From IMG/VR virus record IMGVR_UViG_3300045988_009603: a DNA stretch of 64,000 nt; one strand, given 5' to 3'. Source of the DNA: a virus. Lineage: Duplodnaviria > Heunggongvirae > Uroviricota > Caudoviricetes. Shown here in pieces: positions 55,290-64,000 of this stretch (positions are counted from its first letter, which is position 1; every line of letters starts with the position of its first letter). A model generated the notes under the pieces. It made no database searches. It saw only the letters and a program-made list of their open reading frames with translations, and had not been told where the DNA came from. The translations under genes and the position numbers were made by a program.

Positions 55290-56033
55290 TTAAATTTTCA
55301 GGATAGCTCTTAGCTTACTTTCAAGGTCTTCAAGAGTACCATTATTATGGATAATGTCACGCGCATATTTGGTAGAAATTCCATTTTCTGAAACATGTGA
55401 TGAAACTTTATCCACATTGTCTCTTTTTACTTCAATAGTTTGGTGTGCAAATCTGCTCAACCACTCAGCTTCAGAGTCAAACCTTAAGTCACTGATTAAA
55501 ACAACACCTTCTTGATTTCTAAGTGAACAAGATTCAAAGAATCGAACCATCCGTTTTTCGAGGTCTTTAGACCAGAACTTGTCACCCATAACTTTACGGA
55601 TAACTTCAGTGCCCCAAATCTGTTGAATTTGCCTTGATGAGAATTTATACTTTTTACTAAACCCCAGACGTGTCAATATGGTCGGTTTAGCGACCTTCTT
55701 AAGCTCCATGATTAATCGTCCTGTTAGCTCTGACATAAGTTTAAAGTCCATATGGTAACGTTCATCTCTGAAGGTGAACTCAATAGCTTCCGTAACTTTA
55801 GGCATAAGTTCAGAGTATGATAAATCAAAAACCTGTGGAGTCTCTTTAGTTTCGCCGTAAAGGTCATTCCATGTCAGGTCAAATATCTTTGATGCAGATA
55901 GCTTAAGATTGTCTGCATAGGCCATTACTGCAACATTGTAGCCATACTCATCTTCTAAGATATTCTTGACAATAGAACATGAGGTATCCTTTCCAGAACG
56001 TGCTTTTCCAGTAAATGCGATAATATTACTCAT
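55290..56033 (-). CDS. deoxynucleoside monophosphate kinase
   Basis: N-terminal P-loop FTGKARSGKDT. Confidence 0.7.
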   Translation of the reverse strand: MSNIIAFTGKARSGKDTSCSIVKNILEDEYGYNVAVMAYADNLKLSASKIFDLTWNDLYGETKETPQVFDLSYSELMPKVTEAIEFTFRDERYHMDFKLMSELTGRLIMELKKVAKPTILTRLGFSKKYKFSSRQIQQIWGTEVIRKVMGDKFWSKDLEKRMVRFFESCSLRNQEGVVLISDLRFDSEAEWLSRFAHQTIEVKRDNVDKVSSHVSENGISTKYARDIIHNNGTLEDLESKLRAILKI

Positions 56034-56094
56034 TTTATCTCCATTAATTACTAAAAAGCCCCCAATTAAGGAGGCTTGTAAGGTTTATAAAGAC

Positions 56095-56907
56095 TTAGTG
56101 CAGTTGGTCAGTACTAATCTGTGAATACTCTTTTTCAGCCATAGCTGAGACTTGCTTCACAAAATCGTCACCAAAGTGGATGCGAAGCTTCTCTTCAATG
56201 ATTGAAGCGCCAATGTTTACCAAAACATCATTGATTGCTTGCATACTGACACCACCAGTCATCTCCTCAACGAACTCAATGGTTACACCCAACATCTGAG
56301 AAAGTTGGATTAGTGCAACAATATTCATCATTGTAGAAATAGCTGGAATCATCAGAGCGACCTTCACCTGTAGTGGTTCTACATCAGCTACAGAATCATC
56401 TTTCACAGCTTCTGCTAAAGAGTCTTTAGTTTGCTGGATAATCTCTTTGATTCGTGGGTTTAACTCTTCTACACCCCAATCAAGTTTTTCATATCGTGAC
56501 AGCTTCTCTTCCATGCGCTTCTCAAGAGCAGCCATAACAGCACTCGTTGACGAAATTAATAGGTCAACTAGCTCATTATTACCTAAGAGCAGTAGTGAGT
56601 CTTTTTCTTCAGAGGTCATGGCAATATAGTCATTTTTCTGCATCTCATAAAAAATGAACTCTGCAAGGGCATCAACACCTACAACGATAGATGCTAAGGC
56701 AAGTGTTTTGTCACACAGCATCATGTTAACCTGTTCTGCAAAAGCACCGTTATCAGACTTATCTTTAGGCAAGTTATAGCTTGCAGGCATAAACTGTTCT
56801 GTGTAGTTGTTTCCACGAAGAATCATAGCCATGCTTTCTACGGCATTGATTAAGAATGCTTCGTCAATACCTTTTTCTTTAAGCATTTGGTCTACAGTAG
56901 TGTTCAT
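56095..56907 (-). CDS. hypothetical protein
   Basis: 270 aa ORF. Confidence 0.5.
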   Translation of the reverse strand: MNTTVDQMLKEKGIDEAFLINAVESMAMILRGNNYTEQFMPASYNLPKDKSDNGAFAEQVNMMLCDKTLALASIVVGVDALAEFIFYEMQKNDYIAMTSEEKDSLLLLGNNELVDLLISSTSAVMAALEKRMEEKLSRYEKLDWGVEELNPRIKEIIQQTKDSLAEAVKDDSVADVEPLQVKVALMIPAISTMMNIVALIQLSQMLGVTIEFVEEMTGGVSMQAINDVLVNIGASIIEEKLRIHFGDDFVKQVSAMAEKEYSQISTDQLH

Positions 56908-56908
56908 A

Positions 56909-57331
56909 TTATTTCTCTCTCAGTTGGTTAAGTTTCTTTCTAGAACATTTTAAGTTTTCTGATGAAGAAAAGTCAAGTGTCTTTTCAGAACGTGGATAGT
57001 AATGTCTATCCCAAGAAGTTTCAACATCGTTAATCAGTGACGCTAGATTACACAGGTCTGTACCACTTTGCAACCTCTTTTTAAGAGAATCTAGTAAAGC
57101 AACTGTATCTTTAGCTTTACGCCTTGCTGTAGCAACATCTTTCATATGCTCAAATACAGAGCATTTTAAGTCATCTTCATAGTTTTCAGACAACTCTATT
57201 TCATGTTGTATATCAACCATCCTCCTGTGATGGTGAGCATATTCCCGTTGAGCAGCAATGTCAAGTTCTTCCAACTTCTGCAAAGCTCTAACAAAGTCAG
57301 CTATGTCTGGGTGAACAAACATTTTCTGCAT
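56909..57331 (-). CDS. hypothetical protein
   Basis: 140 aa ORF. Confidence 0.5.
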   Translation of the reverse strand: MQKMFVHPDIADFVRALQKLEELDIAAQREYAHHHRRMVDIQHEIELSENYEDDLKCSVFEHMKDVATARRKAKDTVALLDSLKKRLQSGTDLCNLASLINDVETSWDRHYYPRSEKTLDFSSSENLKCSRKKLNQLREK

Positions 57332-57493
57332 GTAAGCCTCTTTTAAGTAACTATTAAGTTTTAATCTTTTATCTTAACGTATTCTATACGTTATACTTTA
57401 AAGCTTTTTAAAAGCTATTAAATAATCTTTTAAGAGTTTTAAAGTAACTGTATAGTTAAACTGTTAAGTAACCTTTTAAGTAAAAACCCACTT

Positions 57494-57530
57494 CGCAAAG
57501 ATTAACACCTTGTCAAGTACATTGTCAACT
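57494..57530. promoter_or_regulatory. divergent promoter region with conserved TTGTCAA direct repeat
   Basis: CCTTGTCAAGTACATTGTCAAC...TATAAT; near-identical motif at 10321-10350. Confidence 0.4.
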
Positions 57531-57587
57531 TGCTTTTTATAATTTTTTGCAGTAATGTATGAGGTTAATGAATTAGAGGGAGTACAA

Positions 57588-59730
57588 ATGGAAAACGTAG
57601 ATTTTAAAAACTTACACTTAGTTGGTGATACAGAAACTGATGGTTTACTCCTTGAGTTCACTAAAGTCCACGTCATGGCTTTCGCAGACTATAAATCTGA
57701 CGATGAAGAGCCACCTGTATGGGTCTTTACAGATGAGCCTATCCTCGGTCACAAGTATACCAAGTACATTAAAGGTGGTTTGCGTGAAGGTATTGAGTTT
57801 GCGTTAAAGGCAAAACGGCTTTGCATCCATAATGGTCTGGGGTATGACTGGTGGGTTTTCAATCACATTGCACCTGATTTGTGGAACTTTGATAATCCAA
57901 AGTGTAAGCCGTGGAGTAATTTCTTTCAGGATTCTCTTATCCAGTCTCGTGTTCAGTGGATGGATAGACCAACTCCAAAAGGCTATAAAGGTGCTCATGG
58001 CTTGGCAGCATGGGGTGCTCGTGTTGGTGTACGTAAACCAGAGATTGAACATTGGGGTGTGTGGAATGCAGAAATCTTCACTCGTGTTGTAGAGGATATC
58101 CGTATTAACGCCAAAACTAAACGAGCACTGGATAATGAATATCTCAAGTTAAAGAAGTGTGGTATAGACACTTATGAAACCTATATGCGAGCTAAAGAGA
58201 CATCTTTCTGGATGAGTCAACAAGCTATTAATGGTTGGAAAGCTGATAAGGAGCTTATGGAGTTCCATGTAAAGGAACTTGACAAGTTGACTAATGAGCT
58301 TGCTTCAGAAGTTGAACCACACCTTCCACCAACTATTAAGACCAAAGGTAAAGTCACTGGAGAAGAGTTTGCAAAAGCTTGGAATGAGTATGTTGAAGCG
58401 TTTGGTCATGCAGATGGACTGAAAAGAATTACCAAGTACCCTAAGACAAAGTATCGTCAGCAGGTACGTAACGGTGAGATGCAGACATATGAAATCAAGC
58501 CATTTGGTAAGCCAACTACAAAGATTTTTAACATTGAAAAGCGGAATTGCTATACACCAACCAACACTGTAACTGGCGAAGAGTACAAAGAAGGTTTTGT
58601 AGCAATGAAGGATGCTCGTGCAATTTGCAATGAGTTGAATGCAAAGATTGGTAAGAAATGCAAAGACTGGAAGCCAGTAAAAACAGTCAAAACTGTGAAG
58701 TACTATAACAGTCACGTTGTTAACCACTTTGAACTTGAGTCAAGTCGCTACACAGGATTGATTGATGCACCATATACACCAATTGAGTTTGAAGTTTCTC
58801 GTATGACTCAGGTAGCAGTTGTTAAAGACTACTTGAAATCAGTTGGTTGGATTCCAGATGACTGGAACTACAAGAAAGACTCAGACGGTCGCCCTGTCAA
58901 AGTTTGTCGTTTCAAAGACAATAAAAAGATGATTACAAAGCATCCTAAGTGGCAGGAGATGGTTGAGCGTTGTGGATTGAGCTATGTTGAACATGAAGGT
59001 GTACAGTACATTGAGCATAACTGGTCTGTGAAGAAGTACACAGATTTGCTTGAACCTTGTCTGATTAGGACTTCACCAAAACTTACTGAATCATCTTATG
59101 ATACGATTGAAGGTGAGCTTGGACAGAAGATTGCTAAGTACTACACTTTGATGCACCGACGCAGAACTATTGAGAACTCAAAGGATGATGAAAAAGGTTG
59201 GTTGAACCAGATTCGTCCTGATGGTCGCCTTAGTGCTGGCGCAATGGTGTTTGGTACTTCAACTGGACGTATGACACAATATGGTATTGTAAACGTACCG
59301 TCTGGCGCTGCTGTCTATGGAGCACCCATGAGGGAAGTTTGGACTTGTGAAGAGGGTACTAATATTGTTTCAGCCGACATGAATAGCGCCCAACTTGTGC
59401 TACTGTGTAACTTTATGGGTGATAAAGATTTCACTAAAGCGGTGACAGAGGGTAAAGAAGAGGTTGAGTTTGTTAAACAAGATGATGGTAGATACTATTG
59501 CAAACATTTTGACCAGTATCTAAACCCAGCTATTGACAAGTATTTACATTATGATTCGGAAAATGACTTATACGTGGTGTACTCAGGGACTGATGCACAT
59601 ACTTTAAATAGTATCTACTTCAGTCTTAATAAAGAGGAAGACATCTTGACGTGTCGAGCTACTCAGGATACAAATCTTCTTCAAGAAATTAGTAAAGGTC
59701 GTAAGAAAGCCAAAAATGGCATTTATGCGT
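57588..59730 (+). CDS. DNA polymerase I family (family A), exon 1: 3'-5' exonuclease and N-terminal polymerase region
   Basis: Exo I VGDTETDG; motif A-like SADMNSAQLVLL; first half of motif B RKKAKNGIYA. Confidence 0.8.
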
Positions 59731-60534
59731 CAGTGGCGCATGTAAAACGTTGTGAATTGCTGGAAGCCTAAGTCTGTAAAGATATGGTAATCAGCAGCGA
59801 AGTCTCTGTTAGGACTCCTAAAACAAAGGAGAGAGAGACAATGGCAGGTTACGAAGAGAGATTATGCACTGAGTGTGGCACGGAGTTTAAACCATACCAA
59901 TACAATCAGAAACGGTGCAGAAGCTGTGTATTAAAATTTGACAGAAGGGCAGAACACAGGGTTCTTACTAAGAAATGCCCTAGCTGCGAGAAGGTGTTCA
60001 TGCCGAGAACAGCAAGGCAAGTTTATTGCTCTTCACATTGCGGTGAGAAAGGTAGAGTTAAAAATTACTACCTAAGAACATATGGCTTGGAAAGGGAAGA
60101 GGTTGAAGCTCTACTCCGCAACTGTGATTACAAATGTCAAATTTGTGGCGGTGAAGGTTTTATCATGAATGGTTCACGACACAAGGCTAAACTTGTTGTT
60201 GACCATGACCACAAAACCGGAAAGGTAAGAGGTATGCTATGCCACAATTGCAACAGAGCTTTGGGGTTGCTTGCAGATAGCGTTGATAATATGCAAAGAG
60301 CAATTGACTACCTAAGCAAATAATATAATTGTAGAGATTCCTAACAGAGAAACGTTCAGAGACTATCGAAAAGCATACTTAACGTATGAACTGAGTAGAG
60401 TAGGGTGGTAAGCTAATGACCATCCCCAAGTGCAACGGTAGCACCAATGCTACGTGATATAGTCCGACACTCCGTAGAAATGCGGAGAAGTTCATAAGAG
60501 AACTGGTACACCTTGCGAGTGTATTGACCAGATG
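59731..60534 (+). other. group I-like intron in DNA polymerase motif B
   Basis: exon 1 ends with U, intron ends with G; joining gives IYALLFGAGDEK (T7: IYGFLYGAGDEK); P7-like GACUA...UAGUCC in 3' region. Confidence 0.55.
59784..60323 (+). CDS. intron-encoded HNH endonuclease
   Basis: LVVDHDHKTGKVRGMLCHNCN HNH motif plus Cys4; true start may be MAGYEERL. Confidence 0.8.
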   Translation: MVISSEVSVRTPKTKERETMAGYEERLCTECGTEFKPYQYNQKRCRSCVLKFDRRAEHRVLTKKCPSCEKVFMPRTARQVYCSSHCGEKGRVKNYYLRTYGLEREEVEALLRNCDYKCQICGGEGFIMNGSRHKAKLVVDHDHKTGKVRGMLCHNCNRALGLLADSVDNMQRAIDYLSK

Positions 60535-61091
60535 TATTGTTCGGGGCTGGCGATGAGAAATTTGCTAAGACGATTAAAGCATCTACAACTGAGGAAGGTG
60601 CTTTAACTAAGCAAACATACTTTGTACGCCTCCCTAAAATTAAGAAGTTGATAGATGATTTAGAAGCAGACTTCAAAGCCACTAAGAAGGCTCTTGAAGA
60701 GGTATTTGGTAAGACTGCTGCAATCTCTAAAGGGGGGTTTGTAAAGGTTGCTGGAGCTTGGTTGTGGTGCAAATCTCCACATAAGTTATTGAATTATTTG
60801 CTCATGGGTTCGGAAAGTCAGGTTCAGAATGAAGCCATCAACCTTGCTTGTAGAAGAACTTGTGAAGAAGGTCTTACAAAGTTGAATGGTCGAAAACCAG
60901 CTATTGGTGCTAGATTGCTTTTGGCATATCACGATGAGAATAGTTGGGAGTGTCCAGAAGACATGACGCAGGATGTTAAAGCAGTAATTGACTGGATGTA
61001 TGGTCAAGCATCAAGAAATTTAGGGCTTAAGGAGGAAACTCTTGTAACTGGCACTGGTAAAGTTGGTAAAAATTGGCTTGAGGTACACTGA
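60535..61091 (+). CDS. DNA polymerase I family, exon 2 (second half of motif B, motif C)
   Basis: LFGAGDEKFAKTI; LLLAYHDEN (motif C HDE). Confidence 0.8.
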
Positions 61092-61152
61092 TTAGTATTG
61101 ACAAGGTGCTCATGGAAGAGTACCTTATACAATATCTTATATAGGAGGGCTT

Positions 61153-61362
61153 ATGAGCCACCGTGGAAGAACCCATGCAGCGATGATGAAAGGTGCTTCA
61201 AAGGAAACTATCAAGAATCGTAAACAGAAGTTGTTTGAGAGGATGAACAGGTTAATTGACAATTCATCTCTGTCAGGTTCTGAGAAGGTTTTCTTGAAAG
61301 GTAATCTGAAAAGCATTGCACAAGAGCTTATTGATATTGAATATTGGAGACACCAAAAATGA
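61153..61362 (+). CDS. hypothetical small protein
   Basis: 69 aa. Confidence 0.45.
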   Translation: MSHRGRTHAAMMKGASKETIKNRKQKLFERMNRLIDNSSLSGSEKVFLKGNLKSIAQELIDIEYWRHQK

Positions 61363-61577
61363 AACTTGCAGATGTTATCCAACAACTTCACGACAACTGC
61401 TACACTCCAGAGTTGATTCAAGAGATGCTTATTGTGGTGATGCCTAGTAAGTTCTTAAAAGGTTTTAATCGTGAGGCTTTAAAGGTCGCGCATATCCTTA
61501 TCGTTGACGGTAAGATTGCAAGAGACCGTACAGGTGTTCTTAAGGGTGAACGTATTGATATCTTGGAATTGCTATGA
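61344..61577 (+). CDS. hypothetical small protein
   Basis: 77 aa. Confidence 0.45.
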   Translation: METPKMKLADVIQQLHDNCYTPELIQEMLIVVMPSKFLKGFNREALKVAHILIVDGKIARDRTGVLKGERIDILELL

Positions 61578-61734
61578 ATAAGTTATATAGTCTCTGGGGA
61601 AGGATGGGTAAAGATTCTGACTGGAATCTGCTCAAAACAAATGTAAAAAGTAATGAGATAGCGTACTACAAAATTCATTACTACAAAACTTTCAGAGAGC
61701 TTGAGTATCGTGAACAACAGACAGGAGAAGTATT

Positions 61735-61980
61735 ATGTGGAAATCAGTAATTGTGCTTGGTGTTATTTTTCTAGCTGGCTGCAACCCTTCTTATGAAGAT
61801 AAAAATGCTTCTTATAGTCTCCCACCAGAGATGCAAGATTGTAAAGTCTATAAGCTAAATGGTGATACTATAAGCAGGGATATTGTTGTTGTCAGATGCC
61901 CCAACTCTCAAACAACAACATCTTATAGATATGGCAAAAATGGTCAATCTCACACCACTGTTATTGATGGAGGGTACTGA
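61735..61980 (+). CDS. small lipoprotein
   Basis: signal peptide with canonical lipobox MWKSVIVLGVIFLAGC. Confidence 0.6.
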   Translation: MWKSVIVLGVIFLAGCNPSYEDKNASYSLPPEMQDCKVYKLNGDTISRDIVVVRCPNSQTTTSYRYGKNGQSHTTVIDGGY

Positions 61981-62188
61981 TATGCAAATTTTAGTAAACT
62001 ATATCTATTGCTACGATGTTGTTTATTCCACTGCAACCGTGGCCCAACAAAACCCAATAGTACCACGAGAGGGTGAATGGGTTCGTATTGATGGTTGGAC
62101 TTACACTGTGGAGAGTATTACTCACAAGTTTGATGTTGCTGGTGATGTTCAAGTTATCGACGTAGAGATTGGTGGTAAGAGAAAATGA
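61883..62188 (+). CDS. hypothetical protein
   Basis: 101 aa ORF overlapping lipoprotein gene end. Confidence 0.35.
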   Translation: MLLSDAPTLKQQHLIDMAKMVNLTPLLLMEGTDMQILVNYIYCYDVVYSTATVAQQNPIVPREGEWVRIDGWTYTVESITHKFDVAGDVQVIDVEIGGKRK

Positions 62189-62403
62189 CTGTAGAAGACA
62201 AATTTAAGAACGCAGTTCTTACAGAAGATGGTGAGCTTGAAACATTCATTCTCCGTGTTGATGGTAAACTATTCCGGTGTCGTTGTGGGTCAAACTGTTT
62301 TCATAAACCAGATAAAAATGACTTAGAGCTTTACGCATGTAATGCTTGTTACACTTGGTATCACTCAGAGGTTAAAAATGACAATTCTGTACAAACAAAA
62401 TAA
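62185..62403 (+). CDS. small zinc-ribbon protein
   Basis: CRCGSNC...CNAC. Confidence 0.45.
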   Translation: MTVEDKFKNAVLTEDGELETFILRVDGKLFRCRCGSNCFHKPDKNDLELYACNACYTWYHSEVKNDNSVQTK

Positions 62404-63481
62404 AGATGGTTCTTTCAATGTCTGGTCATGTGTCGCTGTAGGTGACAAAGTTATTACAACCTATGGTAAAGAAAATGGCAAGATGATGTTTGAAGAGTAT
62501 ACAGCAGAACCTAAAAACATCGGTAAAAAGAATGAGCGTAACGCTGGACAGCAAGCTCTCTTTGAAGTTTCTGCTAAGTACAAGAAACAAGTAGACCGTA
62601 AAGGTTATGCTTACACAAAAGAGTCTGCACAGAATACTGAGAAGGTAGGTGTACAGCTTGCTCATGATGCTGCAAAGGTTAGTCATGCAAAGTATCTGAA
62701 GTTCCCTGCTGATGCTCAACCAAAACTTGATGGTGTACGTTGTAGGATTTCAAGGCACTTAAGTATTGGCAGTGTATTCACAGCATACTCTCGTGAAAAT
62801 ACTGTTTACAAAATCCCTACTGAACTAATACCTGACATTATGGCAATGTTAAGGCTCCACAAAGATGTTGATGAATTTGATGGAGAGATTTATGCTCATG
62901 GGTGGGACTTAGAAGATATTGTCTCTATGATTAAAAATGAAGACAATCCTGACAGACACTTGCTCAAATTTTACTGGTATGATATCTGTGACAGTACTAA
63001 GACGTGGCCTGAGCGTAGAGATATTATTGAGACTTCACCATTGAATGACTTTAGAGATGGCTGTAAAGTTATCCCTGTTAAGTCTCGTCGTGTAAATTCT
63101 TGGGAAGAGTTTGATGAAGCTCATGATAAGTGGGTTGAAGCTCAGTTTGAAGGTGCAATGTACCGTTCAATCTCTGAAGACTCATTCTATGAGTGTTGTC
63201 ACCGTTCATACTTCTTGATTAAGCACAAGAAGATGCACACTGAAGAGTTTAAAGTGACTGGTGTAAAGACCGATAAACGTGGTCATGGCAAGTTTGTTGT
63301 AGAGACTCTCCCTAACGTCTTTGTAGATGTCTCATGGAAGACTACTCATGAGAAGAAACAGTATCTTGCTGAACATCCTGAAGAGTTTATCGGGAAGCCT
63401 TTAACGGTTCAGTTCCAGAAGATGACTCGTAAGGGTTCTTTACAGTTCCCTGTCGGGCTAGTTATTAGGGATTATGAATAA
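62378..63481 (+). CDS. ATP-dependent DNA ligase
   Basis: adenylation motif I PKLDGVR; EGAMYR motif; start trimmed to MTILYK. Confidence 0.75.
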   Translation: MTILYKQNKDGSFNVWSCVAVGDKVITTYGKENGKMMFEEYTAEPKNIGKKNERNAGQQALFEVSAKYKKQVDRKGYAYTKESAQNTEKVGVQLAHDAAKVSHAKYLKFPADAQPKLDGVRCRISRHLSIGSVFTAYSRENTVYKIPTELIPDIMAMLRLHKDVDEFDGEIYAHGWDLEDIVSMIKNEDNPDRHLLKFYWYDICDSTKTWPERRDIIETSPLNDFRDGCKVIPVKSRRVNSWEEFDEAHDKWVEAQFEGAMYRSISEDSFYECCHRSYFLIKHKKMHTEEFKVTGVKTDKRGHGKFVVETLPNVFVDVSWKTTHEKKQYLAEHPEEFIGKPLTVQFQKMTRKGSLQFPVGLVIRDYE

Positions 63482-63484
63482 ACT

Positions 63485-63631
63485 ATGTTCAGTACAGTCA
63501 TTCTGTTTATACTGGTTGTCTTTGTATTGTCATACGTTGCAAGTAAGCTTTTGGACACATCTTTTGCAATGGGTGTCTTGTTTACAATCTTTTGTTTCGT
63601 GACACATATAGCTATCAGGACTTTTATATAA
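63485..63631 (+). CDS. small membrane protein (below ORF-track cutoff)
   Basis: manual translation MFSTVILFILVVFVLSYVASKLL... Confidence 0.3.
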   Translation: MFSTVILFILVVFVLSYVASKLLDTSFAMGVLFTIFCFVTHIAIRTFI

Positions 63632-63699
63632 AAAGCTGTTGACATAGAAAATTTGGTGAGTATACTGAGCAGCATAAACCAACAGGTACTCACCAGCAT

Positions 63700-63970
63700 C
63701 ACTTAAGAGTCTTTCTAAGAGGGTTTTTAAGTGATGTGTAGCTCGGTCAGGTATGGTGCGGTGGTGTAAGGTGGTGTCAGGTGTAGTATGGTGCGGTGAT
63801 GTGAGGTATGGGTAGTTAGTCTCAGCTACATTAAAATGAGACTTACCTTTTTAAAAGGCCTTTTAAGAGGGTCTTTTAATGAGGTGGGGTGGTGTAAGGT
63901 GGTGTAAGGTCTGGTTCGGTGTGTCGCGGTATGGGTGGATGGTAGTAGCCACGTTAAAAATCTACCAAGT
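63700..63970. repeat. G/T-rich direct repeats at window edge
   Basis: two about 80 bp units rich in GGTGTAAGG/GGTATGG each ending near ACRTTAAAA. Confidence 0.45.
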
Positions 63971-64000
63971 TTCTAAAGAGTCTTCTGTTGAGGGTTCTTT

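Noticed and set aside
60413-60772. Minus-strand ORF (119 aa) between the HNH gene and polymerase exon 2
   Set aside because: Lies antisense within the structured 3' part of the intron and overlaps exon 2; no RBS.
1-64000. Prophage or integrative element interpretation
   Set aside because: No integrase, recombinase, repressor or attachment-site-like features were seen; gene content matches a virulent phage.

Overview
This 64 kb window reads as part of a large virulent tailed-phage genome (low GC, strong AGGAG ribosome-binding sites, dense short genes, no integrase). All calls come from reading the sequence and the supplied ORF track by eye; no folding, tRNA-scan or database search was run. 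Left to right: the 5' end of a probable portal gene and the large terminase (minus strand); a minus-strand operon of 27 tRNA genes (about 2.8-8.2 kb) that covers all 20 amino acids and is interrupted by three protein genes and several structured non-tRNA segments; a plus-strand block of small genes containing the endolysin (10.4-17.9 kb); a 1.66 kb ORF-free region packed with YTAACAR repeats and palindromes (17.9-19.6 kb); an array of about 15 small minus-strand ORFs, each preceded by one of two conserved hairpin-plus-SD cassettes and driven by a strong sigma70-like promoter (19.6-25.9 kb); a macro-domain protein, spanin-like pair, HAD-like hydrolase and rIIA/rIIB-like pair; an NAD-related pair (Prs-like plus Nampt-like) matching the recently described NARP1 NAD+ reconstitution pathway; a nucleotide-metabolism module (nrdG, nrdD split by an intron-like insertion with an HNH gene, glutaredoxin, nrdB, nrdA); and a T7-like replication module (gp6-like exonuclease, SSB-like protein, primase-helicase, dNMP kinase, family A DNA polymerase split in motif B by an 804 bp group I-like intron with an HNH gene, ATP-dependent ligase). 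The most interesting candidates for something new are the cassette-punctuated small-gene array, the repeat-rich putative origin, the NARP1-like pair with its neighbouring macro-domain gene, and the atypical or permuted tRNA-like elements next to a vWA-domain protein. Coordinates of tRNAs, introns and signals are approximate (about +/-3 nt).
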